Of a stretch of 64,000 bases of DNA, positions 59,474 to 64,000 are shown piece after piece. Where the stretch lies: contig OY759316.1 of the NCBI GenBank assembly GCA_963662275.1, positions 2,016,001 to 2,080,000 of the forward strand. Reading direction: 5' to 3'. The DNA is from Candidatus Cloacimonadales bacterium (GTDB taxonomy: Bacteria; Cloacimonadota; Cloacimonadia; Cloacimonadales; DAONDQ01). The position numbers were made by a program, and so were the translations under genes. The notes under the pieces were generated by a model, which was given only the letters and a program-made list of their open reading frames with translations, was not told the origin of the DNA and searched no databases. Position 1 is the first letter of the stretch. Each line of letters begins with the position of its first letter.

Positions 59474-60643
59474 ATGATAAAACGTATTATTCAAGACACT
59501 TTGATCCAAACAGCCAAGACATTCAAGGTTGTAACGATAACTGGTCCAAGACAATCTGGAAAGACCACTTTAGCAAAGATGGTTTTTCGGGATTATAAGT
59601 ATCATGATATGGATAATCCATCATTAATTCAGCGGTTTAATGGTGATCCTGGAAGCTTTTTATCGCCTATGCATAGCAAGTTTATCATCGATGAGTTCCA
59701 AAATATACCTGAAGTATGTAATTACATAAAGGTCTTATGTGACGAAAACCAAATACCGGGACAGTATATTTTGACCGGTAGCAATCAATTTGAATTTATG
59801 CACAATATATCTCAATCCTTAGCGGGTAGAACTGCTTTACTCAAGTTATTACCCTTGTCCTGGCAAGAAATGTATATCAATGAAAATCCAGACATCTTTA
59901 CCGCTATTCAGCGTGGTTGGTATCCAGCTTTGTTAAATCAGGAAATCAATCAATCCATGTTTTACAGCTCCTACATCGGTACATACCTTGAAAGAGATAT
60001 TCGTAACCTTTCCTTAGTAAAAAACCTCAACCAATTCAGGCAATTCCTCAGTTTATGTGCCGGTAGGACAGGTTGCGAACTAAATAAATCAAAACTTGCC
60101 ACAGATGCAGGTATAGATATCAAGACATTGAACCATTGGCTTTCCCTGCTGGAGACGAGTTATATTATCACATTTATTCAGCCTTATCATAAAAACTGGA
60201 CGAAACGACTGACCAAAACACCTAAAATGTACTTCTTTGATACTGGATTAGCATGTCATTTATTGGGTATTCAGGATGCTGAGACATTGAGGAATCATCC
60301 GCTACGGGGAAATATCTTTGAAACTTACTTCATTGGAGAAGTAATCAAACATCTGAATAACAATGGTATGAGTGCAAATCTGTCATATCTGCGGGAAACC
60401 AGTGGGATTGAAATCGATCTGATAATTGAATATAATACAAAGCTGATTCCGATTGAAATAAAGTCCGGTATGACCTTCAACATGTCTTGGATGGACAATC
60501 TGAAGAAGCTCTCAAAACGTAGTACAGGTTTTTCTCCTGGGTTGATTTTCTATGCAAATGAGGATCAATATTCTCTGAATGGAATCAATATCTGCAATGC
60601 AAAGAAAGTGAGAGAAGCTTTAGTTACTCTCTATAATTTTTGA
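59474..60643 (+). CDS. AAA_14 ATPase with DUF4143 (PD-(D/E)xK-like) C-terminal domain
   Basis: GPRQSGKTT, IDEFQ, LTGS, SLAGR, KTPKMYFFDTGL, EIDLI...PIEIKSG. Confidence 0.9.
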   Translation: MIKRIIQDTLIQTAKTFKVVTITGPRQSGKTTLAKMVFRDYKYHDMDNPSLIQRFNGDPGSFLSPMHSKFIIDEFQNIPEVCNYIKVLCDENQIPGQYILTGSNQFEFMHNISQSLAGRTALLKLLPLSWQEMYINENPDIFTAIQRGWYPALLNQEINQSMFYSSYIGTYLERDIRNLSLVKNLNQFRQFLSLCAGRTGCELNKSKLATDAGIDIKTLNHWLSLLETSYIITFIQPYHKNWTKRLTKTPKMYFFDTGLACHLLGIQDAETLRNHPLRGNIFETYFIGEVIKHLNNNGMSANLSYLRETSGIEIDLIIEYNTKLIPIEIKSGMTFNMSWMDNLKKLSKRSTGFSPGLIFYANEDQYSLNGINICNAKKVREALVTLYNF

Positions 60644-60896
60644 TATTTACAATTGTATCATAGCTTTGTAAGCTTTTATGTTGTTGAGATTGCATACCTA
60701 CAACTCCTGAAGCAGACTCCTAAAGTTACAAACTTCAGGATGTAACAAGATGCAATCTTATGCAACAAGTGGTTTGTGATTGCCTACATGAATCGGGCAG
60801 CTTGTTTTACGTTGTGCATTTCAGCAGAAGATACTAAAAATTAGAGACAAGTAAATTGCATAATGTTGTAGGGTGTAGGTGGTAGGTTGTAGAAAG

Positions 60897-61118
60897 AGCA
60901 GAGGAAACCTCCGGAAATAATGAAAAAGAGGAAAAGAAAATGAAACCTAAATGTTCTATTCTGTTAAGAAAGCATTGCAGTATGTCTTGAAAATGATAAA
61001 AGCCAAAGATCAGCATTTAGTGAGTTATTTATCTTTCATCATTCATCTGCATAAAGACTTTGTTGAAATGGATGGGCATAAAGAAATGGAGATTGTTATA
61101 AAGAATTGCAGAGCATAG
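60897..61118 (+). repeat. Direct repeat copy 2 containing a 55-aa ORF (60951..61118)
   Basis: Matches 59144-59371. Confidence 0.9.
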
Positions 61119-61150
61119 CAGTTTGAAAACAGCGTTCCATTGTTGAAAAG

Positions 61151-61179
61151 AATAGCCCAGGATAAATTCCTGGGCTATT
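61151..61179. terminator. 12-bp stem hairpin downstream of the VIT/vWA gene (terminator or REP-like)
   Basis: AATAGCCCAGGA-taaat-TCCTGGGCTATT; a partial copy starts at 52247. Confidence 0.6.
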
Positions 61180-61233
61180 TGAATTTCATAGGATTTACTT
61201 GTGAATTTCTTGCTTTTAACTAGCCTCTTCTGC

Positions 61234-63309
61234 CTATTTCACCATGACCATCTTACCAGCCAGGATTTCATTACCCCATTGGAGTGTATAGAAATACACA
61301 CCACTGGAGACAGATTGATTCATTTGATCAGTACCATCCCACATGATTTGATACAAGCCTTTACCATGTGTTTTTAATCCGAGAATTTTAATGAGTTGAC
61401 CTCGAATATTGTAGATTCTGACATAAGCTGGGAGATGATCATCCTTAGTAATTTCAAACCGTATGATCGTTGTCGGGTTAAATGGATTCGGGAAATTACC
61501 AAGTAATTTTACAGAATAAGGCAGAACGGGAAGGGCAGTTGGATCTTCGGTGGTTATTATTGTACCACTATGGAAACTAGTGAAGGGAGTGATCACACCC
61601 CAAGTCATACTCAAATCAACGATTGTCTGTTTCAATTCATGTGCCGTTGTTGAAGTGGAGTCCATACCGTAATATTGAATTAAAAGATCATCAATTTTCT
61701 GCTTTGCCCAGATCTTTGTAAGGAATGACTTATTAGGATCATTTGTTTCTGCAAGCTGCATATCATATTCATAAGTGACAACTTGATTGAAAGCATTACC
61801 GCTGAATGTGAAATGTACCGTCTGTGGAACCGCATAACGACCGCTAACGATCATCTGTCTGCCCAGATAAAGATTAGGCAATGGATTTGGAAACATTTGC
61901 TCTACCGCATCTGGTGGAGATACAGTAATGATTGGATCAAGCAATACTGGATTTCTGATAATATTGTAGAAAGCTGTGATTGTTGTATACACATCGTTCT
62001 GCCCTAAAAATTGGACAAGACCATGATTGTCCGTAGCAGTCTGGGATAACAATTGAGTATTGACATCATTAATACCAATACCGAAATTATACAGGAAGAT
62101 TGTTGATGTGCTATTCGTCATCAAATTATCAATATATGTGCGTAGTAGCTGCGTATCTTGTATTCCTGCAGTGGGACAGCCATCTGTTAAGAAAATGATG
62201 ATATTGGCAGTATCATCACCAGTATTACTGAATTGTGGCACTGTTAAATTGAATGCTGCCCCGATATTAGTCATACCCGAAGCAGTAATATTATTAATAA
62301 AAGTAAGAGCTGTTTGCGCATTTGTTGCGTTATATTCTTGATGTTCAGTCCAGATGGAAGAATTTGATTCATTAAAGATAACGATATTGAATCGATCACC
62401 TTCATTGAGGTGATTGACGATATATGTGGCAGCATTTTTCGCTTGCGTTATTTTTGTACCACTCATACTTCCGGAGCGATCAATGACAAGCGTAAACACT
62501 TTATTAATGATCTGTGTTGAATTGGAAGGATCAGGTTCTGCAATGAATGTAAAGAATCCATTACTCCAAACATCCGGAACAGAATCACGCAAAGTACTCA
62601 TTGACCATAAACCGAGTTCTGATGAATCCAGTGAATATCTGAGCAAGTAATCAGAATTTGCTGCAGTATTGGCAATGGAATAATGGCAAATACCCTGATT
62701 TGCAGTATGTTCGATTATATTGGGTTCCTGGTTGATGGACTGGAAGGAAGTAATGTTTCGAGTCGAATTCAATTCCACATCCAATGTTTGAGTCATTAAT
62801 GGCAAGGTGGAAATCAGGGAGTAGTTGTTTTTTAGACCTAATTCCACATTGCCATCAATGTATGGCAATAATTGAACATAGGTTAATTCAACAGCAAGAG
62901 TATCTTGGGGAAATATAACAGTTGTGAAGTCAAAAACGATGGGAAATGAACCAATATAACTGGTAAAATTTGTAGGAAATGTTGAAGGTCCTCCAGGAGG
63001 ACTACTCGGGTTTGGTGATATACTAGCTTGCCACCAAAATCCATTTGAAAACCATCTTAATTGAGTTGCACTACATCCTTCAGGTAAAGGGTAGTAGTAC
63101 CTTGGAGCTACATTAGTTGATGTTACATTCTTAAATGTTTCTTGTACAGTCACAACTGAAATCTGATTTTCAATTTGTACATCATAAGCGCAATTGATTA
63201 ATTTAGTTGTTTGAAACGTAGTTGAACTACTGTTGATAATAACTCCCGCTGCATGGAGAGCCAGTAATGTAGTAAGCAGAGATGCGACTAAAATAAACCG
63301 TTTCATCAT
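61234..63309 (-). CDS. Secreted VIT + von Willebrand A domain protein with T9SS/FlgD-type C-terminal domain
   Basis: VIT-like N-terminus; IDRSGSM MIDAS, TNI..A, FLTDG; LTKIWAKQKI; NFPNPFNPTT...IYNIRGQ...SSGVYFY. Confidence 0.9.
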   Translation of the reverse strand: MMKRFILVASLLTTLLALHAAGVIINSSSTTFQTTKLINCAYDVQIENQISVVTVQETFKNVTSTNVAPRYYYPLPEGCSATQLRWFSNGFWWQASISPNPSSPPGGPSTFPTNFTSYIGSFPIVFDFTTVIFPQDTLAVELTYVQLLPYIDGNVELGLKNNYSLISTLPLMTQTLDVELNSTRNITSFQSINQEPNIIEHTANQGICHYSIANTAANSDYLLRYSLDSSELGLWSMSTLRDSVPDVWSNGFFTFIAEPDPSNSTQIINKVFTLVIDRSGSMSGTKITQAKNAATYIVNHLNEGDRFNIVIFNESNSSIWTEHQEYNATNAQTALTFINNITASGMTNIGAAFNLTVPQFSNTGDDTANIIIFLTDGCPTAGIQDTQLLRTYIDNLMTNSTSTIFLYNFGIGINDVNTQLLSQTATDNHGLVQFLGQNDVYTTITAFYNIIRNPVLLDPIITVSPPDAVEQMFPNPLPNLYLGRQMIVSGRYAVPQTVHFTFSGNAFNQVVTYEYDMQLAETNDPNKSFLTKIWAKQKIDDLLIQYYGMDSTSTTAHELKQTIVDLSMTWGVITPFTSFHSGTIITTEDPTALPVLPYSVKLLGNFPNPFNPTTIIRFEITKDDHLPAYVRIYNIRGQLIKILGLKTHGKGLYQIMWDGTDQMNQSVSSGVYFYTLQWGNEILAGKMVMVK

Positions 63310-63626
63310 GCCTCCTTTTTTCCTAGTTTCAGGAAATTCAATAACATACTAAAACATATGCAATGTTTGAACCAATGTCAAATAATAATGTCAAATCAAT
63401 CATTAAACAGTTCTTTTTCAAGATTTTAGGAAGAATAAATAAAATTCATTGACGTGTGCTATTAAAGAAGAAACTTCTTGTTTGCAATCTTGCTTCAATT
63501 AATATGTATGGATTGTGTAATGAATTGTAAGGATACTGAGAGTGAAGAGATGATGTTTTTTATTAATAGAAATACATACAATTTCTTTCGTTTTTTTGCT
63601 CTTCAGACAATCCAAAGGGAGTTTAT

Positions 63627-64000
63627 ATGATAAGTTTTGAGCAAAAGAAACTAAGAGCTATTTGTGATTTGGAAAATGGCTTCAATTGCGCTCAATCAGT
63701 GTTTCGACAATTTAGCCAGGAAAACGGAGTACCTGAATCTGTCTCACTTAGGATAGCATCCGGTTTCGGGGGAGGTTTGAAAATGGCAAAAACTTGTGGT
63801 GCTGTATCAGGAGCAATTATGTCCTTAGGTCTCATTTTTGGATATGAAAATCCAGAAGACCAAAAAACCATAGATAGAATGAATGAAATTACACTTCAAT
63901 TTCTGGATGATTTCAAAAAAAAATACCAAACTACTGATTGCAAGGATTTACTTGGCATAGATGTAAGTGTTCCTGGAAACCGACAAAAAGCTCGGGAAAG
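63627..64000 (+). CDS. C-GCAxxG-C-C family redox protein (runs off window)
   Basis: Not in ORF track. Manual translation MISFEQKK..GFNCAQSV..ASGFGGG..TCGAVSGA..TDCKDLLG. Confidence 0.88.
   Translation, partial: MISFEQKKLRAICDLENGFNCAQSVFRQFSQENGVPESVSLRIASGFGGGLKMAKTCGAVSGAIMSLGLIFGYENPEDQKTIDRMNEITLQFLDDFKKKYQTTDCKDLLGIDVSVPGNRQKARE

Noticed and set aside
59144..61118. Diversity-generating retroelement TR/VR pair
   Set aside because: Differences are not confined to adenines, include an indel, and no reverse transcriptase is present.

Overview
AT-rich bacterial chromosomal window. It probably comes from an anaerobic FCB-group organism such as Cloacimonadota; this is inferred from the PorV-like gene, several secreted proteins with T9SS/FlgD-type C-terminal domains, and the AOR and 2-oxoacid:ferredoxin oxidoreductase genes. 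Housekeeping genes (cdsA, uppS, prfB with its +1 frameshift, trmB, ftsY, rpsT, tRNA-Leu) alternate with intergenic patches of REP-like palindromes and 7-/9-/11-mer tandem repeats. There are two accessory regions. (1) 22.3-33.6 kb: an ExbB/ExbD/ExbD (AglRQS-like) motor operon whose last gene is split by a nested mobile element. That element encodes a tyrosine recombinase plus an IS91-type HUH transposase and is built like a self-contained integron cassette: G|TTRRRY junctions, and an attC-like hairpin that is completed on circularisation. An IS21 copy has inserted into that hairpin. (2) 53-61 kb: a decaying defence-like island with a frameshifted type IIG R-M gene, a broken TcmP-like gene, a radical SAM gene, a nucleotide-cyclase-like gene, and an AAA ATPase flanked by a duplicated small ORF. 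All family calls come from motif recognition by eye; no searches were run.
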